Below, one piece after another: positions 23,801 to 37,400 of a stretch of DNA of 64,000 bases. Both the position numbers and the translations under genes were made by a program. Positions within the stretch are counted from its first letter, which is position 1, and every line of letters begins with the position of its first letter. A model generated the notes under the pieces. It did no database searches. It worked only from the letters and a program-made list of their open reading frames with translations, and was not told the origin of the DNA. The DNA comes from Balanoglossus misakiensis (Eukaryota > Animalia > Hemichordata): positions 9,950,090 to 10,014,089 of the forward strand of contig CM082584.2 of NCBI GenBank assembly GCA_040954595.2. The letters are read 5' to 3'.

Positions 23801-26800
23801 CTGCACCTGTGGTCTGCTATCATAGTACAAGCATAAATTATTATTTCATTGGATTTTCACACTAAACAGAAACACTTGCAAAGTGCTAAGATTAAAAGCA
23901 AACAAGTCAATACCTTGTGTACCTTTTAACACTGGACACTAATGGATCAATTGTTTACAAATGAACCAGGCCAGCAATTAAGAAAACAAAAATAGGGCTT
24001 CTCAGGAAAGAATCACCACTTTTAAAATTTTAAAATCACCACTTTTAAAATAGATTTTTAAATGCCACATTTCTTAGTTTTGTCAGCCATGGAGCTTTTT
24101 TAATCTGTTCAAATTAAGGGCTTGATCTGTGACATGTTTTTTTCATGATAAAGTGAATGAATCTGTAGAAAACAGAACTTTCTGTTTGCTGCTATTTGAT
24201 TGCACTAACTTGGAATTTCACTGGGTTTTTCCTTGCTACACTAAAATATGGGAACATGGTTTTTGCCCACAAAACATACTTTTGTGAAGACACGCACACA
24301 TGCAAAAAACATGTAGTATACTGTATAGAGCCTAGACTACACTGCTATACATGCGTGCACATGCTGTCATATTTGTCTAAGTCAGTTTTTGGTTGGGTTA
24401 AACCTAGGTGTACGTGTTCTGGAAAATTGTTGGCATGCTGCCCCTTTCCGTGACCGACAGCTGTACTTGTTTTGTCATGATTGACGGCGAGGGAACAACT
24501 TAACGAGGCTTTTTTGTAGGGAAACAACTGTTTTGCTGCTGCGGCCAGAATCGAAAGAGTCCCCCCCCCCCCCTCCCTCCGGTCCTACACTATGGTCCTT
24601 CATACGCAACATGACGCATGAAATGAACACTTGTGCAAAAAAAAAAAAAAAAAAAACGTATTACGTTTTTTTTGCGCAAGTGCAAGTAACGTTTTTGTGC
24701 GGTCGGCACTTTGTGCAGTAGTGTTACTATAGTTAGAAGATGCGATAATTCATAGGACACTCAGCTCCGTGTAAAGGTACGGAGAAAAGCGGACACTACA
24801 CGACTAAATACTGCGCTGAAATGGGCTCTCCGAAACGGAAAATGCGGACGATGATGGGGCAACGTGTATTACATAACATTTTATTTGAGTGTGCAGCACG
24901 TTAAAACGGTACGTAACTTGTGACGTCGTGGGAGTTCGCCTTATTTGTACAAAAATCTTCTCGCCCCAAACGCTATTTTTTGCATTTGGCAAGCGGGCAG
25001 CGGAAACATACACCATGACATGCAACCGATTTATGTTCGATTTCTGGACGGAGATGTTTGGCTCCGGACCGTAGCAAATTTCAGCCAAATATCGCAGAAT
25101 GTAGACGTCTCTTGTAAGTTGTTACGTGTTGTATGGGAGGTACATGTACTTTACAGACGACCTGTTCTGGTTCTCAAAGAAGCTCACATTTCAATAACAA
25201 AGCTAAGCGTACGCACGCACCGCTATACACGTACTACGCTTTCCCAAATTTTGTCACGGAAGGGATCCTCGCACGTCGCAAAAATAAGATATTGATATTG
25301 GTGTATGGATCATTGTCAACACAGGACTTGGGTAGCAGAAGTGTCCCCCACCCCCACCCCACCCACCCCTGCTGGAGTATGCGGCAATGTGGGTCAGGTC
25401 AGCATGCATATTTAGTTGACGGGGGAGGGGCGTGTCTTATGGCAGGACTTAACAGACTGACTGACTTGAGTCTCAACTCTAAAAATGGATTACACAACTA
25501 ATCCACACTAGAATCACACATTTCGAAATTTACTTTATTCCACACAAATTATTCAATTTAAAACGAGAGAAAGTCATGCCAATTTCAAATTTGTATGGTA
25601 CTTGAATAAAACACTAAACTCAACCACAGAGACTAAAGCACTTTTTATTTGAAACCGTTGTTCTTCTACAGACTTGAAAACTGCTGACATCATGCTTACA
25701 CAGCGCTGGTCCATGTATTGATCCTTTAGCCATCGGTTATGCAAGAGTTTGCCCTTAGCTGTAATATTTGCATTGCTGGTAAAAGGTTTGGGCCAAGGCA
25801 GTTATCACACAGCTGAGATGATAAGTAGTGCATATAAGCATTAACAGTACAGTGTGTACTAGTAGCACTCGTTTGTCCATCCTTCGAGTTACATATCATA
25901 CCACACAGGTGCAGATGGACTATGGCTTACAGCAAAGTCAATGTGCTTGTCTGAGGTGATATAATTACAACGAAATACTAAATACTTAACAATAGCATAA
26001 TAATGACGAGCACGATTGTTTGGTCGTAACTATGGATGTCCCGGCCACAGATAAATGAATGATTATAACATTGCTGAATAATTCATAATCATGATCAGAT
26101 AACCATCCTTCACCGGCCGGACCGGCTACAGTAGTGTGACGACCCCCACTTAGGGAGGGGTCTGCTCGGGGTCCCCGACCGGCCTGCTGACAGCATTCCA
26201 GTCGATTCGCTAAAAACCATGTTAAACACACATGTCTAGAAAAGAAACGTCGAAACTTAAACGCATCTGGGTATCAATAATAATAACAATAATAATAATA
26301 ATAACAATAATACGTACCTTCTATGCTGTACTAGATGAAACAAAGTCAAAATCGGCAAATTCCCTCTAGCAAATAAGTCAATGATCCAACTTATTCTGGA
26401 AACCTTCCCTGTTTTGTCCGTAATGTCAGACGGAGCTTCTTGGAGATCAGTGCAGTGCAAATCCTGTAACATTAACAAAGTCATGGACGCGGATGTAGCA
26501 CAGATTACAGGGGGGCTCGTGATATAAGTGATTTTTTTAAATAGTGAAAGAAAGATTCTAACCCACTGTATACAGGGCATGTTGATTAATGAGGTCGAGG
26601 TAACTCATCCCCATTCGCCCGCTCAATATGATGATTTTACATGAATGCAGGGATGTTTCACACACATAACCCTGAAACATACATACATAACCCTAATATT
26701 ACAGACATCACGCAAGGGAGGGGGGAATGAGGTCTATCTGCATCTTTAACCTCTCCCTGGATTGGCACTGAATGAGTACTAGTATACCGATTTCCCACCT

Positions 26801-28248
26801 GATATTTGTCTGCTGGGGAAAACCACGGCTGTGACTTACCTGACAGACTGAATATAATAATGCCAGTGAGTCCAGGCGGGTTCGTCAGTCTAGTCTTGGA
26901 GTTCAACCACGCCTGATGCTTCCTCTGTGCAAAATGACCCATTTCCCTCTTGAATGAGCAACTCAGCCCGGTTTGTTTCGACCATTCCATTTTTACCAAA
27001 GGGGTGGCATATGCTATACTTAGAAGAGGGGCAAGCATCGTCAGATCCGGGAGTCAAGCCCTTGTCGAATTGTCCCCACGCCTGTCCACGCAGTAAAATA
27101 TAAATGTTCTGCGCAACTTTATTTATCAATTATTAGATTTCTGTAAAATAATTACCCATGGAGCTACCACCTGACCGAAAGTTCAAAAACCAGTGGGCGT
27201 ACCCAATGACAAAGCTAATATAAGATTATTTGCCAATACCAAACGAATTTTAAGACAAAAGATTATCGGCTGTATCTTGTCCTGGCATTGTTCCAAGACA
27301 AAAGACATAAATTAAAATCGGGAGAATAAATGAAACACAAAAGGACCGTAAAAAAACAGAAAAACAGAACAAAAGTAGAAGCTCAGAATTATTACAGATT
27401 CGTCAAAAACGTTCCCACATAAAAATTAACAGCATTAAACCAAGTGTAAAAGTACGCGGAAAAAAATAGTCGAGGAAACAAGCTCGGTGCGTTGATTCAA
27501 TATATACATCTCATATCCGCGTTGATGATGTGGAGCTTTTCCGCCAAACAGTCAGAGATGCAATCTCATCCCGGAAGGAGTGAGGAGATCAGATATATAC
27601 GAAGTCTACTTTCTAGACTACCAGCACATTTACTATCTGAAAGGATGGTCAACTCATCAACCCGAAATATGTCGCCGAGGGGGACGTTTTATTCTACAGG
27701 TAGTCAATTTCGAACGATGGGTTTACTACCAGTAAATTAAACTTTAAAGTTTAGATTTCGATGTACCTTAAGTCAATTCTAATTAAGCTTTCTAAATTAA
27801 AACAACCCTCCATGTATTGAATACAAAATGCAGTCTTTATCACCGTGACGAATTTTTTTTCTCGATCCCTTTATACATCATTTTTTCACAACAGTCCAAT
27901 TCATTTTCCCGTAAGACTAGTAGGCCTTTATAAAATAAGCAAATACAATCTGCAATGCAGGGCAAGTTAAACAGAAGGCTTTCTTCAGTTTGTCGACGTT
28001 TCGTCAGACATAGCCATCCTTTGTTAGTTTCTAGGGATTCTTTCGTTTTTACTTCTGCTTTACTTTTTGTTGTGTTCAGTTCATTTAGATTATTGTTTCT
28101 CCTGTGCGGCGTTGTTGACTTTGTCGAAACTGCATTTACGAGAAAGTAATTTCTTGGATGTATCTCGTTCGGTATTTCGTATATCTTTGTTGCTAATTTA
28201 CCGTTATGTGTTATGATACGTTTTATGATATTATCATAAACCACACGG

Positions 28249-28378
28249 TATCCTTTTTTTTCACATTTCAGTGAGATCAGGACAGGCTTTGAAAACTCCT
28301 ATGAACTCAATGAGAGCTTGTACACAGGTCTTAAAGGTAAGCGTGGGCCATTCGTCTTTGAAAGCACACATGGAGCAT
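28249..28378 (+). pseudogene. Isolated inverted duplicate of ovoA coding exon 2 with both splice sites and flanking intron
   Basis: 28272-28336 matches the reverse complement of 20529-20593 at 61/65 nt (EIRTGFENSYELNESLYTGLK vs EIRAYFENSYELNESLYTGLK). The flanks tatcctttt..tcacatttcag and gtaagc..ggccatt.gtctt.gaaagca also match. Confidence 0.92.
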
Positions 28379-31224
28379 CATCGCTGCTGTTTAGAATCGA
28401 CGGAAAACGAAGGCACTAGAGGTAAGCTGTCTGAAAGATTCGTCGCTTGGAGGCGCTGACCCTGTCTCTTCAGTTGGCCGCCTATATTGTCCCCACCGCT
28501 AGTGTACAAAAAAAATCCGTCTGTCATGGGTATCATGGTATTTCAGACCTTATTATGAGACTTAAGGTCGCTGTTTGTACGACAGCAGGAGATGGCCTTT
28601 GATGAAGCCGTTATTGGCAGACAGTGCAGCCGTGTGTCACCAGATATTACGGTCAAGAACACGATATGGGCGGCGATCACAAGCAACGCGTTCACCTCAC
28701 TGGGTATATGCTCCTTATTTTGTCCTTGTGGGAATGCCTGTGTGTCCAAGAGGCATACGTGAATCTTAAAGAAACACACGCGCGCCTGTGTCCGTGCAAA
28801 AGCGCGCATAAAACGCCCGACCTCATAAACTCCGACCTCATAAAAAACGTCAAACGGCAATGGTTTCATTCTTCTGTCTGACTCGACACCTGCCCTCTCG
28901 CGGGAAGACCAGGTAATCGTGCACGTCCTGGTCGTAGTTGACGCAGGTTCTAATCAATGTCAGTTAAGCTGAGGACAGTTACACATCGTCAGGCATGGTC
29001 ATATAAAGTGGACCCATGCATGGTGTAGCATGCATTCCTTCCTATGGCTGTTAGCCTTAGGACATCCCATAGCTGTTAGCGTGAGTCACCCTATATAGTT
29101 TTACTGCACTTTTGTTGGCGACGGAATGGGCACACAGAGAGAAGCGATTACGATTCATTGGTCTGGTTTGATGGAGGCGGCCATTTTTGGGGTTGCAACC
29201 ACTTAATTGTTTGCTTTTGTTTCCTCGGCTGCAGGTGCTCGCCCCGGGTTGCGCACGTTGTCGTGAGATAAACTCTAGTTTGAATTTCACACCATGCAAT
29301 AAAAGCAAAACTTTTCGTACCATGGGGCTTTAAGTCCACGGCAAATGCAATGTTAACGATGTCCGCGGCGACAAACAGACGGCGGGCAACGTCACCATGG
29401 TGATGTAACCCAGACACAAGTATGTATGCACATGTGTACACGAAACAGTTGGGACATACTTGAGCAGTGGGGCAATACACATTAGGTCACCCAACCACAC
29501 TTAACAAAAATACTTGGCCAGTATCAGCATTGCCCATTTAATACACTAAGTAATTCTGCCATGGGCAATTTTCGGTCCAACGGTAGCTTAAGTAACATCA
29601 ACATGACATTTGATATTTTAAGATAATCAGCGCCCATTATCCAGTTTGCTTGTAATGTCATTAAATTACAAGCTATTAGGTTACTGTTGACTCTTGAGAG
29701 AAGAAAGGGATTCCAAAATATTATCTGAAAACAAATAAACAAATAACAAGACAAGCCACGGAACTGCCTAATCGAAATCCCTGTCAAAGTTGTTTTTTCA
29801 ACTGAATGTGCCACGCATACAGTTCGCGACGAGGTAGAGCACGTATATACGTACTTCCCGGCGGGAGAGACCAAAGACGCGCGGGCGGATGAAACGATAG
29901 AGGCGGAGAATGTGGTGGTGGTTGTTGCGTTAGGAGGTAGTTTGTCAACACGTGGAATTGAGGGGGGGCGATAACTGCAGTGATAGGGAGAAAGTTGAGC
30001 AGGGAATACGGCAAGATAGGTGTTGTAAGAGGTATGAAAGACGGTTCAAGTAACGACGGGTTAGAACTTGACGGGAAAGATAACACTCTAAAACTAGTAG
30101 AATTCGTCTTTTGTGCCAAAAGTGCGAGTACCATGTATCGCCTGCCATTTGCAAGCACCGAATTCATGTAACATGGTTTGAATTTCAGTTTTGCAACCTT
30201 CGCCGTAATCTTGGTCGCAGTTCAAGATTCATTGACATGTATCTATAATTAAACCCTCTTCTTGTTGGAGAGGGCCCTGGATTTGATACATCTTTGTTTT
30301 ACTATGGGAAATCGCCCGGGGCACGGCCCGCAACTTTAGACAAACCTGTGGTCTGGAATCCCATCAGAGCTCAACTCCAGATAGTTTTGTTATTTAGATT
30401 CATCGGCAGCTTAACATTCCCTCTGGCCGAAATACTGGAAGGCATTTCGCCCGGGTTGTTTTTTTACTTATACAAGCTTTAAACTTTTGGCTCTCACATT
30501 TGAAATCCTTCTGCCTAGGAACTTTGTCACCCGAAACTGGTAAGACGTCCGGTTTATTTAAAAACTAAATGCAGACTTCACCTCATACAGCTGCCGGGGG
30601 CGAACACACTTTTTCACTTGACGCGATTTTATGCGGCGGAGACCACTGCCACCTTTTCTGGACGTGTGAGCCTCAACGCTTTCTTTTGTAGAGTCTGTCA
30701 AGTTCAATAACAAGTAACCATAGCCGGAATATGTCCCAGACAAAATCAAACAGTTGCCCCATGTTGTCTGAAGGACAGCGACAAAAAAGTCCACACTTTT
30801 TGCGCCGTGTAGTATAGTACAAGCCCCGTATTTCTTTTGCCTGGAAACCTCACTGACAACGCCCTCAGGGGGTTCACATATTGTATATTTTCGCTCTTTT
30901 GTTTGCATGGTCATGGAATGTGGTCGTCGAGTAAACTATTTACTTGATTAAACATTCCATACAGTTCTACAAATTGAATGTCTGTGTTTAAAGGCAATTG
31001 AAAAAGCCCATGTGTCAGCTGGATGGCAGCGTGTAAGTAGACCATTGTTGCACGTCGTTAGTATTGTTGCACTGTGACAACTTTACTCTTTTTCTCCTCT
31101 TCTGTTGATGTTTACGACAAATACAGCCGGTGGTGGTGTGTTCAAATAGAAACCGGAAGGCGGAAGGCGTACCGAGACGACGAACACTAGTCCGGCTCTG
31201 CTGCACGACTCAGCCACACGCGCT

Positions 31225-31290
31225 TCAATTGGCTTGCCCGTGACGCACAACCGAATCAAACTTTGCAATTATAAATATCGCCCAATCAGG
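31225..31290 (+). promoter_or_regulatory. Putative promoter of the 31.5-kb LDLR-like gene
   Basis: CpG-rich stretch with an inverted CCAAT (attgg ~31228), tataaat (~31270) and ccaatc (~31282), about 200 bp upstream of the ATG. Confidence 0.4.
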
Positions 31291-31486
31291 GAAACGCTCG
31301 GATCAAGTGTATACTGTCCTGGACTTAACAACTTTTGCGCGACGACTGTCTGTTTCGCCGGCGAGGGGTACCAAGTATCGTCAGGGCCTGGGTAGGTCAT
31401 GAAGGAATTGAACGACGTTTCTTCGTTATTTCGTGTACCGATATTAGTGCCCTAAATTTTCGACCTTGTCGTTTGGGCCAAGGGTC

Positions 31487-34400
31487 ATGAAGATCATCGC
31501 CTGTTTAATAATATTACTAGCGCTTCTAAGTGTGACCCCAACAGGAGTGGTGGGAGGTAAGTTACTGTTTATTTATCTTAAAACCCACACAACACCATAA
31601 TTCACTAATTGAGAGAAGGTCCCTTCGCCACACACACATGTGGGCCTCATGGGCGAAAAAAATTACTCTTCTTCTGAAACCTCAACCTTCGGTCAAAAAG
31701 CGAGACGACATGTGCTATTATTTTTACAAACTTTTTTTGAGTGGGGGTTTTCATCTGTCTCACCCGACATGAGGTTCGCGCGGGTGAGTCAAGAAACGTG
31801 TAATGTCGAAGAGATTGAAATTTTTGGAGCAGAAAGAAAAAAAAATGCTAGCCTGCTACTTCGCCACTCCATCATGCATGCGTAGTGCTTGGCGGGAAGC
31901 AGGGCCCGAGGCCATCTACTGTTTCAACTCACAGAGATCCCCGTAGTAGAAGCTATTAACAAGCCTAACCCTTAACCAGCGGGATATGCTTACATTACAA
32001 GTCAACGACTCCAAAACGAGCGAAGGGGAAAAAAGCAAAACGCAAGAGCCGCAGCAATCTTGATGTTTCTGGTTTCAGCCAAGTAGTAATTAGAAGCCAT
32101 AACTGCGCACGCTCCACTTGGTTTTTTCGCCTGATCACTGAGCGCCGGGGGTTTTGGATGGCACCAGACCATGGGGGCCGGGGGTTTGGTGAACGCCCCC
32201 AAGTTGGCGTGAACAATATTCGGGAGTGTAAACTTGATATATAACACACTGACTAATAAAATGGAGAATGCTACACGCTACGTTTATTTACAGGATGTAC
32301 TTTTGGCGCTTTTTCAGCCGCAGTCACATAAAGATACTATCGTGTTACGACTCGCATTACGCGGCTTCGACCTCCTTGAGGCTAATTGCAGCGAGACGCT
32401 TTTTATTTCATTTTCGCGAAGACGACGCGACGTCCCTTGGGATCGGCATCTACTGATGCACATTCTTATGAATTTATTGTCACGCGACACGGGCAAACGT
32501 CGTCCGATTTGCATAGCCGTAAATCGCAATTTAAATACATTTGCTTGTTCTCACGTAATATGCGTTTGTACCAGTAAAAAATGCTTATGCAACAACGATC
32601 GTGCTTGCTCTCTCCTCAGTCGACACGCTATTTGAGATGAAGATTCCGTTTTGTTCGCATTTGCCTTGTCAAGAATCTCCCTCTGGGGCAGTCGAAGCAT
32701 TTAATGCTTTTATTAAAAGTGCACGGTACCTACAGAGCTCAGATGCCATCCATCCCCGGACCACCAGTAGTTCCATGCCCCCCCCCCCCCGCCGTCCAGC
32801 TAGGCCACGCGACGGAGCAGTGACCAAACGCGAGCATGGCGAGGCATAGCGTGACCTAAACCCGGCAGCAACCTGATAAAATCAAGTTCACTTGAAGTTA
32901 TTTTATGCTAACGATTAAACATCTGACAGTGATAGTTTATTCTGGAATGGTTCCAAGGTGCGCAAGACACAAATGAATGGGGCCACGCGGTTTCCAGACA
33001 CGGTCCTAAGGGCTCAATCTAAACGACGCGGCAAACCCGCCACCGATAAAGATTCAACTTCAAAATTTTCGCGTCTGACAACCTGTAACGGTTCGAGAGA
33101 GAGGCTGGAAGTGTCAACACCGTTTGGAAACCCATAACAGAACAGTCGGGTGAACCTTGTGAACTGTCAGCGTCTGACAACAATATTTTCTTGACTTCTG
33201 CGACCGGGATTGCGGTTCGTTCTCAGGCGATGTGTTTCCGTGAGGTCTCCCAGAAAGATTATATTATTGTATCATTCTTACAGCTGTTTATTCGCCGTGA
33301 GAAAAGTTGAAAGAATTTGACACTACCAGCGAAACGCGGTTAACACCTCGCCGAGCGAACATTGCGATGTCGTCTGTATTTACTACACCACGACGAAAGC
33401 CAGCGTCGTACCTGGCCCTTTTACGTGATGCAAAGTATAAATTATGGCATTAGAACTTGGCTCTCTCTCTCTCTCTGTCTCTCCAAACTGATCGATGTAA
33501 AGTGTAATCTGTCTTATATCTGTGTTTTTCTTGGCGATCACAGGTGAATGCAAAGCTGGAATGTTCACCTGCGCAAATCTGAAATGTGTTCCGGACAAGT
33601 GGAGATGCGATTCCGAAAACGATTGCGAGGACAACTCCGATGAAGACGGCTGCCGTACGTAGGCCTTACTGACCAGCTCCTGCGCACTTGCACGCTAAGT
33701 AGCAGACGACGTTTAAATTGCGGCTCCCCTACCCCCTAAAATCGCCAAATAAAAGTCATTCTGCAGCAGCTTACGAGAACAAATGCCCTCTACTTCTTGT
33801 TTCTAGCAGGCGGCAGCTTTTTGCGGAGACCACGCTGTTAATTAGACTGGCACAGAAATCAATAGAGCGAGCTGCAGGTGTCTTACTAGCACACTTTTAG
33901 TGGCGTGCATACTAAAATTTTATAGTTTTGGGCCCCCGAGCGTTGTATGTCAGGTTCTTGTTTGCTACTTGAATTGTCGATTCTGTCCCTACAGGTGCGA
34001 GCTCGTGTAACAGCGATCAATTCACGTGTGCCACCGACGAAGACGGCGCTTTCTGCATCCCAGGTGAATGGAGATGCGATGGTGAAGACGATTGCAGAAA
34101 TGCGCTGGACGAGCAAGGATGTGGTGCGTATCAATTACTGCTACCTTAAATAGTGTTGTTGTTTTTTGCATCGTGCTAGTGGGTCTGGTCTCATTATAAT
34201 AGTTGCATTGTGGGTAAAAAGGTCGAAAACTCATGCAGTACTGGTAAGAGTTTGAAGGAATGATATCTTTAACTGCACATGTATTTCGACTTCCTTTTGG
34301 TCAGAAATGTCTGTCTTTGTTAGAGTATACTCGTTCGAATTTTGTCACGTTTTCAATTTGAGTTAATGTGGCTACTTCATTCAAAAGTTTTCGGGTGACT

Positions 34401-37400
34401 CCCAACTTTATTGTCTATTTTGAGAGAGAATAATCTAAAGTTGCCTCTAGCAAAATATGAGAAAAAGATGGATTTTGATTAATGTTACATTAAATTACAT
34501 AGTGGTGTTCCCATCCTGTGTAAGGATTGCCTGTAAGTAGGGATCGATAAACTCGCCGTATAAAATCCAGTGTTTGACAATTTGTCTTGGCAACCACAGC
34601 GGAGGGCAAAGTACGTGTATTTCGCACAAAAATACCGATTGTACTTTTTGGTGGGTTGACCAGATAGGATTTTCGATGGAGTGGTCGCCTTTGAAATGCG
34701 CTGTCACTGGAATGACCTAAGCCGACATTTTGCCTCGGGCAGTAATCGTTTCCACAGAACAAAAATAATACCTGTCAAATCGATTGGACATCTTCCTTTC
34801 ACCTCGTTAAAACCCCCCTAAACCTATTGACTAGTGAAAGCTTTCCCGCCCAGATTTGCTCATCACATATCGTCGTTTGTTTTGCTCAAACGTGGACCAG
34901 TGCAAAACAGGTCCATGTGAGGGGTGTGAATCTCACGCGAGAAGTGCTGCCTTCCCAAAGCTTTTTAAGAAGGAAAACATTTCTCTTTGTTAGCTAACAT
35001 TCCCTCCAAATATTTAGGGGATCGTCTGCTAACGTGTCAGTACTTTTTATAGTCAGTAAACGACATACCTTTGTGGATGCAGATCACTGAGCTCGAGTTA
35101 TTTAAGAGTCACTGCAATGGTTGCTTCGCCGAAAGGTAAAAGTTGGCACATCGCTCGTTAAAGGGACAAGCAATGGACATCATGTTTGACATTTTTCAGT
35201 TCATCTTTTCTTACTTTTTCTCCTCAAAACACATTGTTAACAAGAATGTCGGCTATGCATAGCAACCTGTCAAAGAAAGATTAATACTTGACGTTTCAAC
35301 ATATTTTTGACAGAAACTGCACCAGTTTTTGACAAAAACATACTTTGACATTTCAATCTAACATGGCCGCCGTTTGATAACTTTGTTATAAGAAGGCTTT
35401 TATGAACCCATTTTGTTCTAACTCGACACACTTGACTAAAAGTGTGCCACGAAATGGTCATTCGAACACTTAGACGCGCCATTTTGACCATATATACTAG
35501 TAGTCACTGTACACCTTTAATGATCTGCTGATGTATAGATGTAGTATTTGTTTTGGCGTAAACAGGGCATGGGAACAGCACATGCGCATCGAACGAGTAC
35601 AGGTGCCCGGATGGGAAGTGCATCACTCACCGTTGGGTGTGTGACTTGGACCAGGACTGCAGCGACGGCTCCGATGAAGATGGCTGCCCGGAAGTGGAGT
35701 GCGACGTGTCCGAGTACCGCTGCCAGGACAGCTACTGTATCCCCAAGGTGTGGGTTTGTGACGGCGACGCTGACTGCATCGACGCGTCCGACGAGAAGAG
35801 CTGCGACGCGCCGACGGGGGCCAGGTACTGTTCGTCGAACAAGTTTGCCTGTTCGGACGGGCAGTGTATCCATATCTCGTGGCGGTGTGATGGAGACATA
35901 GACTGTGACGATGGAACGGATGAAGTCGATTGCTGTAAGTGTGCAGGTCTTTTCGCATTTGAATGATTTGCATAAAGGTCACCACAAAGGTCAAAACTCG
36001 CATTCCCGTCCTCCGACCCAACCATTCTGGTTGACTCCTCAAACTCATAGCACGTGGCCCGTGTGCCTGGGGAATTTGTATGCGCCGTGATTTTTTTGTC
36101 GTATCTTTCGACACTTACCATGTCTTCATAAAAAACGCTTTTGAAATAACAGAATGCTATATCGAGTACATCACGTATGATATCCATGGAGGATATACAT
36201 TTTCCGAAGAAGTATAGGAATTTCAATAAAGTATATTTTAAGACCCATGCTTACTCAGATGGTCACGTGGCAGACAGCGGGCAGAACATTTGAAACGCGA
36301 TCATGTTTCAAATACTGCATGGCGATATTATCTTTAATGCATTTATTAGCATTTATCTGTCATTAAAGGGACAGAGTCGCTCACTTTTGATGTTATTTTG
36401 GTTATGCTAGTTTCTTTCATACATGCTTTAATGCGTTTTGAGTCATGGTCAATCACCAGTGCTCTCAACTGAACTCACTTTATATAGATGTGGCCTTAAG
36501 GTAGAATGCGCCTCAAAAGTCAAAGTCTTAAACTTTCTCTCGTATTTTGCTCTTTAGATTATTCTCTCTTTACATTGAGAATAAATATTGGGGAGAACCT
36601 TGCAAAAATGTGAATAACCGACCAAATTGTCTCGATTAGAAATTCAAAATGGCCGCCAATTTCTGTGTTAGGTCTATGGAGAAAATTTAAAGTAGCGATT
36701 TTCATGAAAACAAGACGGTGAACATCCAGCTATCACCTCATTTGTTTTCGAAATTACTCCCCATTTCAATAAGGATTTCAGTCCGATTGACATAATTCCG
36801 ACAATTCAGTTTTCACAGTCTGTTGTTATTTTATTTTCATTGTTAAAGATGACGTGGTGTGTCAAGATCTGTTCAACTGCGGCGGTGGTGAATGTGTCAT
36901 GAATATGCTCAGGTGCAACGGATTCAGAGATTGTAGAGACGAAACAGATGAAAGGGGCTGCCCATCTTATGCGACACCCTGCGACCCTAGAACGCAGTTT
37001 CTATGTGATAACGATCGTTGTATCGACGTGAGCAAAGTCTGCAACCATATTGACGATTGTGGGGATCGATCTGATGAACCTAGTTATGGACACTGCAGTA
37101 AGTGTGAAAAGTGTTACCTATATATGTAAGGATTATGTCGATAAACTGCACTTGTAATACAGAACATAAAAATGTCGAAATGTAGCCAAAAATTACACAT
37201 ATTATCATTTCAATCTGCGTGTTTACATGTCACTTGTTTTGCTCCTTTTGCTGTAATGATGGAAGCTTCTTTCCTTGTGGGGAAGAAGAGGTAGACTGCT
37301 GTGGTCGTATTTATTTATTTTGTGGGTTATGTTTTTATTTTCAGAAGCCTGGGAGTGTAAGAAGAACAACGGAGGTTGCTCACACACGTGTCACGATTCG

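Noticed and set aside
27490-28720. Plus-strand exon-like pieces flanking the duplicated ovoA exon as a chimeric gene
   Set aside because: I could not join them into an open frame, and they do not resemble other ovoA or LDLR exons.
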